Part shown: piece by piece, positions 10,259-21,743 of the stretch
Numbering within the stretch: the stretch's first letter is position 1
How the letters are laid out: every line of letters starts with the position of its first letter
DNA from: Clostridia bacterium
Lineage (GTDB): Bacteria; Bacillota; Clostridia; RGIG6154
Assembly (NCBI GenBank): GCA_017626145.1
Contig: JAGAJK010000045.1
Location: 3,375-67,374 of the forward strand
Direction of reading: 5' to 3'
Length of the DNA stretch: 64,000 bases
Position numbers and translations under genes: made by a program
The notes under the pieces: generated by a model
What the model saw: the letters and a program-made list of their open reading frames with translations, nothing else
Told to the model about the DNA's origin: nothing
Database searches by the model: none

Positions 10259-10879
10259 ATGCCTAACGTGGCTTTATATAACATGGATGGTAAGGAAGTA
10301 GGAACCATCGAGTTAAATGAAAATGTATTCGGTGCTGAAGTTAATAAAGTAGCAATTTACGAAACAGTAAAGAACTACCTTGCAAATCAGAGACAGGGTA
10401 CACAGAGCACAAAAACAAGAGCTGAAGTTAGTGGCGGTGGAATCAAGCCATGGCGTCAGAAGGGCACAGGCAGAGCAAGACAGGGCTCAATCCGTGCTAC
10501 ACAGTGGATTCACGGCGGTATCGCACTTGGACCAAAACCAAGAGATTACAGATACTCAATCAACAAGAAAATGAAGAATGTTGCTTTGAAGTCTGCATTA
10601 TCATCTAAGGTGGCTAACGGCGAAATCGTAGTAATCGACAATCTTGATGTAGAAGAAATCAAGACAAAGAAAATTGTTAACCTCCTTGGAAATGTTGGAG
10701 CAGACAAGGCTCTTATCGTTACAAGTGAAGTTAATAATAAAGTATATATGTCAGCAAGAAACATCGAAAACGTAAAGGTTTCATTTACAGGTGCTTTAAA
10801 CGTTTACGAAATCTTGAAGTATGACAAGCTTGTAATCGCACAGGATGCGGTTAAGAAATTAGAGGAGGTGTATGCATAA
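10259..10879 (+). CDS. rplD: 50S ribosomal protein L4
   Basis: [14 protein letters not shown] motif. Start moved from the track's 10226 to the ATG at 10259, behind AAGGAGGA. Confidence 0.95.
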   Translation: MPNVALYNMDGKEVGTIELNENVFGAEVNKVAIYETVKNYLANQRQGTQSTKTRAEVSGGGIKPWRQKGTGRARQGSIRATQWIHGGIALGPKPRDYRYSINKKMKNVALKSALSSKVANGEIVVIDNLDVEEIKTKKIVNLLGNVGADKALIVTSEVNNKVYMSARNIENVKVSFTGALNVYEILKYDKLVIAQDAVKKLEEVYA

Positions 10880-11169
10880 TGATGTATCATGATATCATTA
10901 AAAGACCTATCATTTCCGAAAATTCTATGGAAGATATAGCAAACAAGAAGTACACCTTTGAAGTTGCTCCAAATGCAACTAAAGTTGATATTAAAATTGC
11001 TGTTGAACAGATTTTCAAGGTTCAGGTTGACAAGGTTAACACAATGAACTATTTAGGCAAAACAAAGAGAATGGGTGTACACGTTGGCAAGAGAAACGAC
11101 TGGAAGAAAGCAATCGTAACTCTTAAGCCCGACAGCAAGGCAATCGAATTTTTTGAAGGACTTGCTTAA
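10879..11169 (+). CDS. rplW: 50S ribosomal protein L23
   Basis: 96 aa. The ATG overlaps the rplD TAA. Conserved order. Confidence 0.95.
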   Translation: MMYHDIIKRPIISENSMEDIANKKYTFEVAPNATKVDIKIAVEQIFKVQVDKVNTMNYLGKTKRMGVHVGKRNDWKKAIVTLKPDSKAIEFFEGLA

Positions 11170-11194
11170 TTAATAGTGAAGGAGTTGAAAGCAA

Positions 11195-12028
11195 ATGGCT
11201 ATAAAGAAGTATAAACCGACTTCTCCCGCGAGAAGAACAATGACCGTTTCAGCCTTCGAAGAAATCACTAAGAGCACTCCCGAAAAGAGCTTGGTTGTTT
11301 CATTAAACAAGTTTGCAGGCAGAAACTCATACGGTAGAATTACTGTTCGTCACAGAGGCGGCGGAAATAAAAAGAAATACAGAATTATCGACTTTAAGAG
11401 AAATAAAGACGGTATCAATGCAACAGTTATCGGTATCGAATACGATCCAAACAGAAGTGCAAACATTGCATTACTTCAGTACGAAGACGGTGAAAAGAGA
11501 TATATTATCGCTCCCGTTGGTTTAAAAGACGGTGATGTAGTTGTTTCAGGTTCAGGTGCTGATATTAAGCCCGGTAACGCATTACAGATTAAAGACATCC
11601 CTGTAGGTACACTTATTCATAACATTGAATTAGTTCCTGGCAGAGGTGCTCAGCTGGTTCGTTCAGCAGGTAACTCAGCACAGCTTATGGCTAAAGAAGG
11701 CGCATACGCACAGGTAAGACTTCCATCAGGTGAAGTTAGAATGGTTAGCGTAAACTGCAAAGCTACAATCGGTGTTGTAGGTAATATCGATCATGAAAAC
11801 ATTTCAATCGGTAAAGCAGGTAGAAAGCGTCACATGGGTATCAGACCTACCGTTCGTGGTGTTGTTATGAATCCTAACGACCATCCACACGGTGGTGGTG
11901 AAGGTAAATCACCTATCGGTCGTCCAAGTCCTGTTACTCCATGGGGTAAGCCGGCACTCGGTTATAAGACAAGAAAGAAAAACAAGAAGTCGGATATGTA
12001 TATCGTAAAGAGCAGAAAATCTAAATAA
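11195..12028 (+). CDS. rplB: 50S ribosomal protein L2
   Basis: 277 aa ([15 protein letters not shown] motif). Confidence 0.98.
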   Translation: MAIKKYKPTSPARRTMTVSAFEEITKSTPEKSLVVSLNKFAGRNSYGRITVRHRGGGNKKKYRIIDFKRNKDGINATVIGIEYDPNRSANIALLQYEDGEKRYIIAPVGLKDGDVVVSGSGADIKPGNALQIKDIPVGTLIHNIELVPGRGAQLVRSAGNSAQLMAKEGAYAQVRLPSGEVRMVSVNCKATIGVVGNIDHENISIGKAGRKRHMGIRPTVRGVVMNPNDHPHGGGEGKSPIGRPSPVTPWGKPALGYKTRKKNKKSDMYIVKSRKSK

Positions 12029-12057
12029 TCCGATAAAATATTGAATGGAGGTAAACC

Positions 12058-12336
12058 ATGAGTAGATCAACTAAAAAAGGTCCTTATGTCAGCGAAAAAC
12101 TCTTACAGAGAATCGTTGATATGAATGAAGCCGGTGAAAAAAGAGTTTTAAAGACATGGTCAAGAAGCTCAACAATATTCCCGGAAATGATTGGTCACAC
12201 AATTGCTGTTCATGACGGCAGAAAACATGTGCCTGTATATATAACAGATGACATGGTTGGTCATAAATTAGGCGAATTTGCTCCTACAAGAACATATAAG
12301 GGTCATGCAGGTGCAAAGACAAGCGGTGTTAGATAA
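12058..12336 (+). CDS. rpsS: 30S ribosomal protein S19
   Basis: 92 aa ([10 protein letters not shown] ... [11 protein letters not shown]). Confidence 0.97.
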   Translation: MSRSTKKGPYVSEKLLQRIVDMNEAGEKRVLKTWSRSSTIFPEMIGHTIAVHDGRKHVPVYITDDMVGHKLGEFAPTRTYKGHAGAKTSGVR

Positions 12337-12366
12337 AACAACTAATTAAGAGAGGAGGAGCATAAC

Positions 12367-12711
12367 ATGGAAGCTAAGAACGAAGCAAAAGCTGTCCTTC
12401 GTTATGCACGCATTTCGCCTCGTAAGGTGAAAATCGTGATTGATTTAATAAGAAATAAGTCAGTTGCTGAAGCTATCGGTATTATCAACAATACTCAAAA
12501 GGCTGCATCTGAATATCTTATAAAATTATTAAATTCAGCAGTAGCAAATGCTGTTAACAATAATGGTATGGATCCTGAGAAACTCTATGTTGCAGAAACA
12601 TATGCAAATGCAGGCCCAATTCTTAAGAGAATTATGCCAAGAGCTCAGGGTAGAGCATTTAGAATCAGAAAGAGAACAAGTCATATAACAATTGTTCTCA
12701 AGGAAAGATAA
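12367..12711 (+). CDS. rplV: 50S ribosomal protein L22
   Basis: 114 aa ([15 protein letters not shown]). Conserved order. Confidence 0.96.
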   Translation: MEAKNEAKAVLRYARISPRKVKIVIDLIRNKSVAEAIGIINNTQKAASEYLIKLLNSAVANAVNNNGMDPEKLYVAETYANAGPILKRIMPRAQGRAFRIRKRTSHITIVLKER

Positions 12712-12734
12712 TTCGTTAAAGGAGGTAATCGCAA

Positions 12735-13394
12735 ATGGGTCAGAAGGTACATCCACACGGACTCAGAGTCGGCGTCATTAAAGATTGGGACTCTAAGTGG
12801 TATGCTGATTCAAAGAACTTCGGCGATAGCTTGGTTGAGGACTACAACATAAGAAAGTTCATCAAAAAAGCTCATTTTGATGCCGGTGTTGCAAAGATTG
12901 AAATTGAAAAGCCTTCAAACAGACTTAAAATTAATATTTACGCTGCAAAGCCTGCGTTTATTATTGGTAAAAAAGGTGAAGGTATAGAAAAAACAAAAGC
13001 ACAGATTACAAAGATGACAGGAAAGGTTGTTTCAATCAATATTGTTGAAATCAAGAATCCTGACGTTGTAGCTGTACTCGTAGCAGAAAACATCGCAGCT
13101 CAGCTCGAAAAGAGAATTTCTTTCAGAAGAGCTATGAAGCAGGCTATGGGCAGAACAACAAAAGCCGGTGCAAGCGGTATTAAGTGTTGCTGTTCAGGTC
13201 GTTTAGGCGGTGCAGAAATTGCTCGTTCAGAGCAGTATCATGAAGGAACAATTCCTCTCCAGACTATCAGAGCAGATATCGATTACGGTTTTGCTGAAGC
13301 TGATACAACATTCGGTAAGATTGGTGTAAAGGTTTGGATTTACAAGGGTGAAGTTCTTCCTGGTTCAAATAAGAAGAAAGGGGAGAATAAATAA
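12735..13394 (+). CDS. rpsC: 30S ribosomal protein S3
   Basis: 219 aa ([16 protein letters not shown] domain). Confidence 0.97.
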   Translation: MGQKVHPHGLRVGVIKDWDSKWYADSKNFGDSLVEDYNIRKFIKKAHFDAGVAKIEIEKPSNRLKINIYAAKPAFIIGKKGEGIEKTKAQITKMTGKVVSINIVEIKNPDVVAVLVAENIAAQLEKRISFRRAMKQAMGRTTKAGASGIKCCCSGRLGGAEIARSEQYHEGTIPLQTIRADIDYGFAEADTTFGKIGVKVWIYKGEVLPGSNKKKGENK

Positions 13395-13825
13395 TGTTAT
13401 TACCTAAGAGAGTTAAATACAGAAGAGTAATGAGAGGCAGAATGACAGGTAAAGCTACAAGAGGTAATACTGTTTCAAACGGCGAATTTGGTATTCAGGC
13501 TACACAGCCTGGCTGGATCACCAGCAACCAGATTGAAGCTGCCCGTATCGCTATGACAAGATACACAAAAAGAGGCGGTAAAGTTTGGATCAAGATTTTC
13601 CCTGATAAGCCTGTAACAGAAAAACCTGCTGAAACTCGTATGGGTAGCGGTAAGGGTTCTCCTGAGTATTGGGTAGCAGTAGTTAAGCCGGGCAGAGTAA
13701 TGTTCGAAATCGGCGGCGTTGACGAGTCAATCGCAAGAGAAGCTTTAAGACTTGCTATTCATAAACTCCCAATTAAGTGTAAAATCGTTGCTAAGAGCGA
13801 TTTGGAAACGGAAGGTGAAGCTTAA
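13394..13825 (+). CDS. rplP: 50S ribosomal protein L16
   Basis: 143 aa ([11 protein letters not shown] ... [10 protein letters not shown]). ATG overlaps the rpsC stop. Confidence 0.97.
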   Translation: MLLPKRVKYRRVMRGRMTGKATRGNTVSNGEFGIQATQPGWITSNQIEAARIAMTRYTKRGGKVWIKIFPDKPVTEKPAETRMGSGKGSPEYWVAVVKPGRVMFEIGGVDESIAREALRLAIHKLPIKCKIVAKSDLETEGEA

Positions 13826-14025
13826 TGAAAATCAAGGAAATCAGAGATTTATCATATGAAGAATTAACACAGAAATTAGCAGATCTCAAGGCTGAATTAT
13901 TTACATTAAGATTTCAGAATTCCACAAGTCAGCTTGACAATACTTCTAAAATTGCTGAAGTTAAGAAGTCAATTGCAAAAGTTATGACTGTAATGAGAGA
14001 AATTGAAATCAAAGAAGGTAAATAA
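13825..14025 (+). CDS. rpmC: 50S ribosomal protein L29
   Basis: 66 aa ([11 protein letters not shown]). ATG overlaps the rplP stop. Confidence 0.95.
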   Translation: MKIKEIRDLSYEELTQKLADLKAELFTLRFQNSTSQLDNTSKIAEVKKSIAKVMTVMREIEIKEGK

Positions 14026-14057
14026 TAGCCCCGAAATTCGGAAAGGAGGTACCGGCA

Positions 14058-14315
14058 TTGTCAGAACGCGCATATAGAAAGACAAGAGTTGGAAAAGTAG
14101 TAAGCAATAAAATGGATAAAACAATCGTTGTTGCAATCGTAGACAGCGTAAAGCATCCTTTATATAGCAAAATCATTAAAAGAACCTACAAACTTAAAGC
14201 TCATGATGAAAACAATACCTGTTCAGTGGGCGATACAGTTAAGGTTATGGAAACAAGACCTCTTTCAAAGGATAAGAGATGGCGTCTTGTAGAAATCGTA
14301 GAAAAGGCTCGTTAA
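14058..14315 (+). CDS. rpsQ: 30S ribosomal protein S17
   Basis: 85 aa. TTG start 7 nt after AAGGAGGT. Conserved order. Confidence 0.95.
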   Translation: MSERAYRKTRVGKVVSNKMDKTIVVAIVDSVKHPLYSKIIKRTYKLKAHDENNTCSVGDTVKVMETRPLSKDKRWRLVEIVEKAR

Positions 14316-14340
14316 TTTTGAGCAGGAAGGAGAATTAGCC

Positions 14341-14709
14341 ATGATACAGCAGCAGACATTATTAAAAGTTGCTGACAACACCGGTGCAAAAGAGCTTATG
14401 TGTATCCGCGTACTTGGCGGTACAAGAAGAAGATATGCTAACATCGGAGATGTTGTAGTTGCTTCTGTTAAAAAGGCAGCACCCGGCGGCGTTGTTAAGA
14501 AGGGCGAAGTTGTCAAAGCCGTTGTTGTAAGAAGCGTTAAGGGTATGAGAAGAGTTGATGGCTCTTATATAAAATTCGACGAGAATGCAGCAGTTATTAT
14601 CAGAGATGATAAGACTCCTAAGGGAACCCGTATATTCGGACCTGTTGCAAGAGAATTGAGAGATAAAGAATATATGAAAATATTATCTTTAGCTCCTGAA
14701 GTATTATAA
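14341..14709 (+). CDS. rplN: 50S ribosomal protein L14
   Basis: 122 aa ([17 protein letters not shown]). Confidence 0.98.
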   Translation: MIQQQTLLKVADNTGAKELMCIRVLGGTRRRYANIGDVVVASVKKAAPGGVVKKGEVVKAVVVRSVKGMRRVDGSYIKFDENAAVIIRDDKTPKGTRIFGPVARELRDKEYMKILSLAPEVL

Positions 14710-14723
14710 GGAGGTGCAACATA

Positions 14724-15047
14724 ATGAATAAAATGCACATTAAAAAAGGTGATACAGTTGTTGTGCTTTCCGGCAAGGATAAGGGAAAGAAGGGTAAAGT
14801 TTTAACCGTACTCCCTAAGCAGAATAAAGCAATCGTTGAAGGTGTTGCATTAGCAACAAAGCACACAAAGCCCAGAAAGCAGGGCGAAACAGGCGGTATT
14901 GTTAATCAGGAGATTGCAATTCACGCTTGCAAACTTATGCACGTATGTACAAAATGCAATAAACCAACAAGAATCGGACGTAAGGTTCTTGATGACGGAA
15001 GCATAGTTCGTTACTGCAAGAAGTGTAACGAAACATTTGCAGACTAA
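14724..15047 (+). CDS. rplX: 50S ribosomal protein L24 (with CxxC...CxxC C-terminal hairpin)
   Basis: 107 aa. KOW motif ([20 protein letters not shown]). The C-terminus carries CTKC and CKKC. Confidence 0.93.
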   Translation: MNKMHIKKGDTVVVLSGKDKGKKGKVLTVLPKQNKAIVEGVALATKHTKPRKQGETGGIVNQEIAIHACKLMHVCTKCNKPTRIGRKVLDDGSIVRYCKKCNETFAD

Positions 15048-15070
15048 TATTTGGGAAGGAGGCAATATAA

Positions 15071-15616
15071 ATGTCAAGATTACACGACAAATATGTCGCT
15101 GAAATCGCTCCGGCTTTAATGAATAAGTTCGGATACAAGAGCGTAATGCAGATACCAAAGCTTGATAAGGTTGTTATCAATATGGGTGTTGCTGATGCTA
15201 AAGAAAATGCAAAAGCACTTGAATCTGCTGCAAACGATCTTGGAATCATCACAGGTCAGAAGCCATTAATCACAAAAGTTAGAAAGTCAGTTGCTAACTT
15301 CAAGATTAGAGAAGGCATGAATATCGGATGCAAAGTAACATTAAGACATGAACAGATGTACGAGTTTTTAGACAGACTCTTTAATGTTGCATTGCCACGA
15401 GTAAGAGACTTCAGAGGTATTAATCCTGATTCTTTCGACGGAAGAGGTAATTACAACTTCGGTTTAAAGGAACAGTTAATCTTCCCTGAAATCGAATACG
15501 ATAAAATTGATAAAATCAGAGGTATGGATATCACTGTAGTAACTACAGCGAAAACAGACGAAGAAGCAAGAGAGCTCCTTACACTTTTAGGTGCTCCATA
15601 TGCTCAGAACAAATAA
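15071..15616 (+). CDS. rplE: 50S ribosomal protein L5
   Basis: 181 aa ([12 protein letters not shown]). Conserved order. Confidence 0.97.
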   Translation: MSRLHDKYVAEIAPALMNKFGYKSVMQIPKLDKVVINMGVADAKENAKALESAANDLGIITGQKPLITKVRKSVANFKIREGMNIGCKVTLRHEQMYEFLDRLFNVALPRVRDFRGINPDSFDGRGNYNFGLKEQLIFPEIEYDKIDKIRGMDITVVTTAKTDEEARELLTLLGAPYAQNK

Positions 15617-15630
15617 GGAGGTAATCAATC

Positions 15631-15816
15631 TTGGCTAAGAAGGCTATGGTAATTAAGCAGCAGAGAACTCCAAAATTCAGCTCAAGAGCTTACACAAGAT
15701 GCAAAATTTGCGGAAGACCTCATGCTTATTTGAGAAAATTCGGTATTTGCCGTATCTGCTTCAGAGAATTGGCTTACAAAGGTCAGATTCCTGGTGTTAA
15801 AAAGGCAAGCTGGTAA
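15631..15816 (+). CDS. rpsZ: 30S ribosomal protein S14 type Z (zinc form)
   Basis: 61 aa (CKICGRP...CRIC). TTG start behind AAGGAGGT. Confidence 0.95.
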   Translation: MAKKAMVIKQQRTPKFSSRAYTRCKICGRPHAYLRKFGICRICFRELAYKGQIPGVKKASW

Positions 15817-15900
15817 AATTAAGTCCATTTGGACAGTAAACTGGAGATATTTTCTCTATACAGAATAATTGCAGTAGTTATTATGGAAGGAGGTAACACT

Positions 15901-16299
15901 ATGCAGATTACAGATCCAATTGCAGATATGCTTACACGTATCAGAAATGCTAACGATGCAAAGCACGAAACTGTTGATGTTCCTAATTCAAATATGAAGA
16001 AGGCAATCGCTGAAATCTTACTTGAAGAAGGTTATATAAAGAATTATCAGATTATTGACGACAATACACAGGGCGTTATCAGAATTACTTTAAAGTATGC
16101 TGCTAACAAGCAGAAGGTAATTTCCGGTCTTAAGAGAATTTCAAAGCCCGGCCTCAGAATTTATGCCTCAAAGGATGAATTGCCAAGAGTACTCAAAGGT
16201 CTCGGTATTGCAATCATCTCAACATCAAAGGGTATAATGACTGACAAGAACGCAAGAAAGAACAATGTCGGCGGAGAAGTTTTAGCATTTGTTTGGTAA
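15901..16299 (+). CDS. rpsH: 30S ribosomal protein S8
   Basis: [17 protein letters not shown]. Start trimmed from the track's 15829 to the ATG at 15901, behind GGAAGGAGGT. Confidence 0.96.
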   Translation: MQITDPIADMLTRIRNANDAKHETVDVPNSNMKKAIAEILLEEGYIKNYQIIDDNTQGVIRITLKYAANKQKVISGLKRISKPGLRIYASKDELPRVLKGLGIAIISTSKGIMTDKNARKNNVGGEVLAFVW

Positions 16300-16344
16300 T
16301 AAACGAATTAACAGATTTAATTAAACATTAAGGAGGTGCACACG

Positions 16345-16887
16345 ATGTCCAGAATAGGTAGAATGCCAATCGAAATACCACAGGGCGTTGATGTTAAGCT
16401 TAATGCGGGTAATGAACTTACTGTTAAGGGACCAAAAGGTACATTAACAAGAACACTTCATGCTGACATGAACATTGCAGTTGAAGGTAATACAATTACA
16501 GTTACAAGACCGTCAGAAGTTAAGATGCACAAGTCACTTCACGGTTTAACCCGTACTTTAATAAACAATATGATCATCGGTGTAACAGATGGTTTTTCAA
16601 AGACACTTGAAGTTAATGGTGTTGGTTACAGAGTACAGAAGCAGGGTAACAAGCTTGTTATGACACTTGGTTACTCACATCCTGTAGAAATGGAAGAAAT
16701 CGATGGAATCAAGATCGATGTTCCACAGCCTAACCAGATTATCATTTCAGGTGTTGACAAGCAGTTAGTTGGTGAATTTGCTGCTAAGGTAAGAGAAAAG
16801 AGATTACCTGAACCATATAAGGGCAAGGGTATCAAGTACATTGATGAAGTTATCATCCGTAAGGAAGGTAAGACAGGTAAGAAATAA
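16345..16887 (+). CDS. rplF: 50S ribosomal protein L6
   Basis: [15 protein letters not shown] at 16345 behind AGGAGGTG. Confidence 0.96.
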   Translation: MSRIGRMPIEIPQGVDVKLNAGNELTVKGPKGTLTRTLHADMNIAVEGNTITVTRPSEVKMHKSLHGLTRTLINNMIIGVTDGFSKTLEVNGVGYRVQKQGNKLVMTLGYSHPVEMEEIDGIKIDVPQPNQIIISGVDKQLVGEFAAKVREKRLPEPYKGKGIKYIDEVIIRKEGKTGKK

Positions 16888-16924
16888 TAAAATTGCCTGA
16901 ACTTTATGAAAGGAGTAGAGCAAA

Positions 16925-17284
16925 TTGATTAAGAAGATTTCAAGTAATGTTTCTAGAGTAAGCAGACATGAAAGAGTTAGAAAGTCAATTTCAGGAACAC
17001 CTGAAAGACCACGTCTCTGCGTATTCAGAAGCTTAAAGAACATTTATGCTCAGATTATAGATGATGCTTCAGGTACAACACTTGTTTCTGCATCATCAAT
17101 AGAAGCTGGTTTCGAAGGAAACGGCTCAAATAAAGAAGCTGCTAAGAAAGTTGGCCTTATGGTTGCTCAGAAAGCACTTGACAAGGGTATTAAGACTGTT
17201 GTTTTCGACAGAGGAGGCTATGTATACCACGGTCGTGTTCAGGAGTTAGCTGAAGGTGCAAGAGAAGGCGGACTCGAATTCTAA
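16925..17284 (+). CDS. rplR: 50S ribosomal protein L18
   Basis: 119 aa ([12 protein letters not shown]). TTG start. Confidence 0.95.
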   Translation: MIKKISSNVSRVSRHERVRKSISGTPERPRLCVFRSLKNIYAQIIDDASGTTLVSASSIEAGFEGNGSNKEAAKKVGLMVAQKALDKGIKTVVFDRGGYVYHGRVQELAEGAREGGLEF

Positions 17285-17297
17285 TAGGAGGTAAATC

Positions 17298-17801
17298 ATG
17301 GCAGATATAGCTAACACAAATGGTGTTGAATTCAAAGAAAAAGTTGTTAATATTAACCGTGTAGCTAAGGTTGTTAAGGGTGGTAGAACTTTCAGATTCA
17401 GCGCTCTCGTAGTTGTCGGTGACGAAAACGGTCACGTTGGCTGCGGTATGGGTAAAGCTGCTGAAATTCCGGAAGCAGTAAGAAAAGCAATCGATGATGC
17501 TAAGAAGAATGTTGTTACAGTTCCAATGGTTAATACAACAATTCCTCACGAAATTATTGGTGAATATGGTGCCGGCAGAGTACTCTTAAAGCCTGCTGGT
17601 GAAGGTACCGGTGTTATCGCCGGCGGTCCTGTCAGAGCCGTACTCGAGCTCGCAGGTATCAGAGATATCAGAACAAAGTCACTTCGTTCAAACAATCCTA
17701 AGAATATGGTAGGCGCTACAATTCAGGGCCTTGCAAGTCTTAAGAATGTTAAAGATATCGCAGCTCTTCGTGGAAAAACAGAAGAAGAAATTTTAGGTTA
17801 A
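17298..17801 (+). CDS. rpsE: 30S ribosomal protein S5
   Basis: 167 aa ([18 protein letters not shown]). Confidence 0.97.
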   Translation: MADIANTNGVEFKEKVVNINRVAKVVKGGRTFRFSALVVVGDENGHVGCGMGKAAEIPEAVRKAIDDAKKNVVTVPMVNTTIPHEIIGEYGAGRVLLKPAGEGTGVIAGGPVRAVLELAGIRDIRTKSLRSNNPKNMVGATIQGLASLKNVKDIAALRGKTEEEILG

Positions 17802-17816
17802 TAGGAGGAAATAGTA

Positions 17817-17999
17817 ATGGCTAAAGTTAAAGTAACATTAGTTAAGAGCGTTATTGGCAGAAAAGATGACCAGATTGCCACTGTTTCAGCCTTAGGCCTT
17901 AAGAAAATAAGACAGTCTGTTGTTCATGAAGCAACTCCTCAGATTCTTGGTATGGTGAACAAGGTTTCACATCTCGTAAGTGTTGAGGAAGTAAAATAA
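17817..17999 (+). CDS. rpmD: 50S ribosomal protein L30
   Basis: 60 aa. Conserved position between rpsE and rplO. Confidence 0.94.
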   Translation: MAKVKVTLVKSVIGRKDDQIATVSALGLKKIRQSVVHEATPQILGMVNKVSHLVSVEEVK

Positions 18000-18015
18000 A
18001 AGGAGGTGTAGCGTA

Positions 18016-18456
18016 ATGAAACTTAGTGAATTAAAGCCGGCAGAAGGTTCTGTTAAAGAAGCTTACAGAAAGGGTCGCGGACACGCATCAGGTAACGGTA
18101 AGCAGGCCGGAAAAGGTCACAAGGGTCAGAATGCACGTTCAGGTGGCGGAGTTAGACCGGGCTTTGAAGGCGGTCAGATGCCATTATACAGAAGATTACC
18201 TAAGAGAGGTTTTCATAACGCATTCGGACATAAGTATGTTGAAGTTAATCTTTCATCATTAAACGCTTTCGAAGACGGTGCAGAAATTACTGCAGCTCTT
18301 CTTAAGGATATGGGCATTATCAGCAAAATTGCTGATGGTGTAGTTATTCTCGGCAATGGAGAATTAACTAAAAAATTAACAGTAAAGGCAGCAAGAATCA
18401 CAGCATCAGCAAAAGCTAAAATTGAAGCTGCCGGTGGGAAGGCTGAGGTGGTTTAA
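18016..18456 (+). CDS. rplO: 50S ribosomal protein L15
   Basis: 146 aa ([24 protein letters not shown]). Confidence 0.96.
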   Translation: MKLSELKPAEGSVKEAYRKGRGHASGNGKQAGKGHKGQNARSGGGVRPGFEGGQMPLYRRLPKRGFHNAFGHKYVEVNLSSLNAFEDGAEITAALLKDMGIISKIADGVVILGNGELTKKLTVKAARITASAKAKIEAAGGKAEVV

Positions 18457-19746
18457 GTGTTTCGTACATTAGCAAATGCTTGGAAGATTCCTGACCTCAG
18501 AAAGAAGATTTTATATACAGCATTATTACTTGTTGTATTCAGATTCGGTTCAATAATTCCTGTTCCGGGTCTTGATAAAGAGATGGTAAAGGCAATTGTT
18601 GACGGAGCTTCAGATACACTCTTCGGCTTATTCAACACATTCAGCGGTGGTGCTTTCGCAAATGCAACAATCTTTGCTATGAGCATTACACCATATATCA
18701 ACTCTTCAATTATTATGCAGCTCTTAACAGTTGCAGTGCCTGCTTTGGAAAGACTTTCAAAGGAAGGCGAAGAAGGAAGAAAGAAAATTGCTTCTATTAC
18801 AAGATATGTAACAGTTATTCTTGGTTTCATTCAGGCTGCAGGTCTTTATGCAGCACTTAGTGCACAGAGAGCTATTACAACAAGCGGATTTCTTTCATTC
18901 ATCACTATAACATTTACTTTCACTGCAGGTACAGCATTCTTGATGTGGCTGGGTGAAAAGATTACAGAAAAAGGTATCGGTAACGGTGTTTCATTAATCA
19001 TTTTCATCGGTATCATTTCACGTGGTAGTGAATTGGTTAATGCAGCAATCAGCTCAGTTCAGGCAAGTAATTACAGCATTATGAGCTTTGTAACTATTGT
19101 TCTGGTTGTTATCGCTGCAATTATTATGATTGCATTCGTAATCACAATCAATGAAGGCGAAAGAAGATTACCCGTTCAGTATGCTAAGAGAATGCAGGGT
19201 AGAAAGATGTATGGCGGACAGAGCACATACATTCCGTTAAAGGTTGCTATGGCTGGTGTTATGCCAATCATCTTTGCAATGTCAATACTTTCATTCCCTG
19301 CAACAATTGCAAACCTTATGGGTGCACAGCCTGCTGCGAACACATTCTGGGGCAAGTTCCTTGCATTGTTCTCACAGACACACTGGGTATATGCAATTAT
19401 CTACTTCCTGCTTGTAATCTTCTTCACATATTTCTATACTTCAATACAGTTTAATCCTATTGAAATAGCAAATAATATGAAGAGAAACGGTGGTTTTATC
19501 CTTGGTATCAGACCAGGTAAACCAACTTCAGATTATATTCAGAAGATTTTAACAAGAGTAACTCTTATCGGTGCTATCGCACTTGCAATCATTGCAGTTA
19601 TTCCTGTACTTGCAAGCGTGTTCACACACTCAAACATCGGTATAGGTGGTACATCTGTGTTAATCGTTGTATCTGTTGCACTTGAAACAGTTAAGCAGAT
19701 CGAATCACAGATGCTTATGCGTCACTATAAGGGATTTCTTGAATAA
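18457..19746 (+). CDS. secY: preprotein translocase subunit SecY
   Basis: 429 aa, 10 TM helices (ITPYINSSIIMQLL). GTG start directly after the rplO stop. Confidence 0.97.
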   Translation: MFRTLANAWKIPDLRKKILYTALLLVVFRFGSIIPVPGLDKEMVKAIVDGASDTLFGLFNTFSGGAFANATIFAMSITPYINSSIIMQLLTVAVPALERLSKEGEEGRKKIASITRYVTVILGFIQAAGLYAALSAQRAITTSGFLSFITITFTFTAGTAFLMWLGEKITEKGIGNGVSLIIFIGIISRGSELVNAAISSVQASNYSIMSFVTIVLVVIAAIIMIAFVITINEGERRLPVQYAKRMQGRKMYGGQSTYIPLKVAMAGVMPIIFAMSILSFPATIANLMGAQPAANTFWGKFLALFSQTHWVYAIIYFLLVIFFTYFYTSIQFNPIEIANNMKRNGGFILGIRPGKPTSDYIQKILTRVTLIGAIALAIIAVIPVLASVFTHSNIGIGGTSVLIVVSVALETVKQIESQMLMRHYKGFLE

Positions 19747-19773
19747 TTGACAGTTTGTAGGAGGACCAGCTTT

Positions 19774-20406
19774 ATGAAAATAATTTTACTCGGAGCACCG
19801 GGTGCGGGAAAAGGCACCCAAGCAGAAAAAATTTCAAAGAAGTTTGGGATACCGACAATATCCACTGGTTTTATAATCAGAAATGCCATTGCCAACGAAA
19901 CTGAGGTTGGTAAGGTTGCCAAAGGGTATATAGATAAAGGTCAGCTTGTACCCGATGAGGTTGTTACAAATATTCTTATGGAACGAATCAGCAATGAGGA
20001 TTGTAAAGACGGCTTCATATTAGATGGTTATCCCCGTACAATTGCACAGGGAGAATCGCTTGATGATAACAATATCAAAATCGATTATGTAATTGACCTT
20101 GTTGTTCCCGATGAAGTAATTTTAGGCAGACTTACAGGTCGCCGCGAATGCTCAAAATGTGGAAGAACGTATCACATAGTTGATAACAAACCAAGTGTAG
20201 AAGGAATTTGTGATGCTTGCGGCGGAGAGCTTATCTGCCGTAAGGATGACAATCCTGAAACTATAAAGAACAGACTGGAAGTTTACCACAGCCAGACTGA
20301 ACCTTTAGAGAAATTTTACACAGATAAAGGCTTGCTTTGTAAGGTAATCGGACAGGACAGCGTTGACGGAACCTACGCTGAGGTACTTAAAGTACTGGAG
20401 GCGTAA
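19774..20406 (+). CDS. adk: adenylate kinase (zinc-lid form)
   Basis: MKIILLGAPGAGKGT P-loop. Lid carries CSKC...CDAC. Start trimmed from 19747 to the ATG behind GTAGGAGGA. Confidence 0.96.
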   Translation: MKIILLGAPGAGKGTQAEKISKKFGIPTISTGFIIRNAIANETEVGKVAKGYIDKGQLVPDEVVTNILMERISNEDCKDGFILDGYPRTIAQGESLDDNNIKIDYVIDLVVPDEVILGRLTGRRECSKCGRTYHIVDNKPSVEGICDACGGELICRKDDNPETIKNRLEVYHSQTEPLEKFYTDKGLLCKVIGQDSVDGTYAEVLKVLEA

Positions 20407-20407
20407 T

Positions 20408-21154
20408 ATGATTAACGTAAAATCTTCAAGAGAAATCGAACTTATGAAAGAAGCCTGTAAGATTACAGGAGAGGTACTTAACCTTCTTGGTGAAAGTATA
20501 AAGCCTGGCATAACTACTTTAGAGCTTGATGCGATTGCAGAAAAGTTTATAAGAAAACATAATGCAACGCCATCATTTAAAGGATATGCCGATTATCCCA
20601 ATGCACTGTGTGCGTCGGTAAATAATCAGGTTATTCACGGAATACCTGGTAACAGAGTGCTCAAAGACGGCGATATAATAAGCTGTGATATAGGTGCTTG
20701 TTACAAAGGCTATAACGGTGATGCTGCAAGAACCTTTGCAGTCGGTGAGATAAGTGAAAAAGCACAAAAGCTTATCGATGTGACAAGGGAAAGCTTTTTC
20801 AAAGGTCTTGAATTTTGTAAAGAAGGCTTCAGAGTTTCCGATATATCTCATGCAATTCAAATTCATGCAGAAAGCTTTGGATACGGAGTTGTAAGAGATT
20901 ATATAGGTCACGGTGTAGGAGCTGAGCTTCACGAAAGTCCCGAAGTTCCTAATTTTGGAAGACCGGGCAGAGGCCCAAGACTTGTCAGCGGTATGACGCT
21001 TGCAATTGAACCTATGATTAATGAGTGTGACTACAGAGTAAAATGTCTGCCTGACGGCTGGACAGTAGAAACTTTGGACGGCTGCTTGTCAGCTCATTAT
21101 GAAAATACGGTTTTAATCACAAACGGCGAACCTGAAGTACTGACACTGGTATAA
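20408..21154 (+). CDS. map: type I methionine aminopeptidase
   Basis: 248 aa (HGIPG, D...D...H...E...E metal ligand pattern). Start trimmed from 20363 to the ATG at 20408. Confidence 0.96.
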   Translation: MINVKSSREIELMKEACKITGEVLNLLGESIKPGITTLELDAIAEKFIRKHNATPSFKGYADYPNALCASVNNQVIHGIPGNRVLKDGDIISCDIGACYKGYNGDAARTFAVGEISEKAQKLIDVTRESFFKGLEFCKEGFRVSDISHAIQIHAESFGYGVVRDYIGHGVGAELHESPEVPNFGRPGRGPRLVSGMTLAIEPMINECDYRVKCLPDGWTVETLDGCLSAHYENTVLITNGEPEVLTLV

Positions 21155-21174
21155 AATTCTCAGAGGTGATTTTG

Positions 21175-21450
21175 TTGGTTATTTACCCCGGACAGATAGT
21201 TATTTCACTGGCAGGACGGGATAAAAACAAATATTTCGTGGTGCTTGATGTTATTGATAACTCATATTGTCACATAAGTGATGGGCGAACCCGTAAGGTA
21301 GATTCGCCGAAAAAGAAGAAAATTAAGCATCTGAGATTTACCGGACATTCATTATCGGATGTGAGTGATAAAATCAAAACCGGTCAGACGGTTACAAACT
21401 CTATGATAAGAAAAGAGTTAAAGAAAGAACTAAACAATCAAGGGTGTTAA
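21175..21450 (+). CDS. KOW domain-containing RNA-binding protein
   Basis: [22 protein letters not shown] is a KOW motif. Occupies the map-infA slot usual in Clostridia. Start ambiguous: GTG 21166, TTG 21172 or TTG 21175. TTG 21175 has the best spacing from GAGGTGA. Confidence 0.6.
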   Translation: MVIYPGQIVISLAGRDKNKYFVVLDVIDNSYCHISDGRTRKVDSPKKKKIKHLRFTGHSLSDVSDKIKTGQTVTNSMIRKELKKELNNQGC

Positions 21451-21463
21451 AGGAGGGTTATCC

Positions 21464-21682
21464 ATGGCAAAAGATGATGTTCTGGAACTTGAAGGAACGG
21501 TAGTGGAATCACTGCCTAACGCAATGTTTCAGGTAGAATTGGAGAATGGTCATGTAATACTTGCTCATATAGCAGGAAAACTCAGAATGAATTTCATTCG
21601 TATCCTGCCTGGTGATAAGGTAACAGTTGAAATGTCACCTTATGACTTAACTAAGGGCAGAATTACATGGAGAGCAAAATAA
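21464..21682 (+). CDS. infA: translation initiation factor IF-1
   Basis: 72 aa ([30 protein letters not shown]). Confidence 0.97.
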   Translation: MAKDDVLELEGTVVESLPNAMFQVELENGHVILAHIAGKLRMNFIRILPGDKVTVEMSPYDLTKGRITWRAK

Positions 21683-21743
21683 TAAGATTGCTTTTTAAAG
21701 CAAATATCGCTGCAGGACGCAGCTGAATAAATGGAGGTTATTT

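Noticed and set aside
17190-17549. Antisense or alternative-frame ORFs inside well-supported genes: this one, and also 18453..18830, 42201..42587, 58938..59447, 20573..20932, 14850..15252, 61821..62186, 63249..63491 and 45710..46015
   Set aside because: All lie within or opposite genes with strong homology-type evidence. They lack RBSs and have odd, low-complexity or Cys/Phe-rich compositions.
21166-21450. KOW-domain gene between map and infA as a novel insertion in the r-protein cluster
   Set aside because: To my knowledge a small KOW-domain RNA-binding protein at this position is a regular feature of clostridial spc/alpha clusters.
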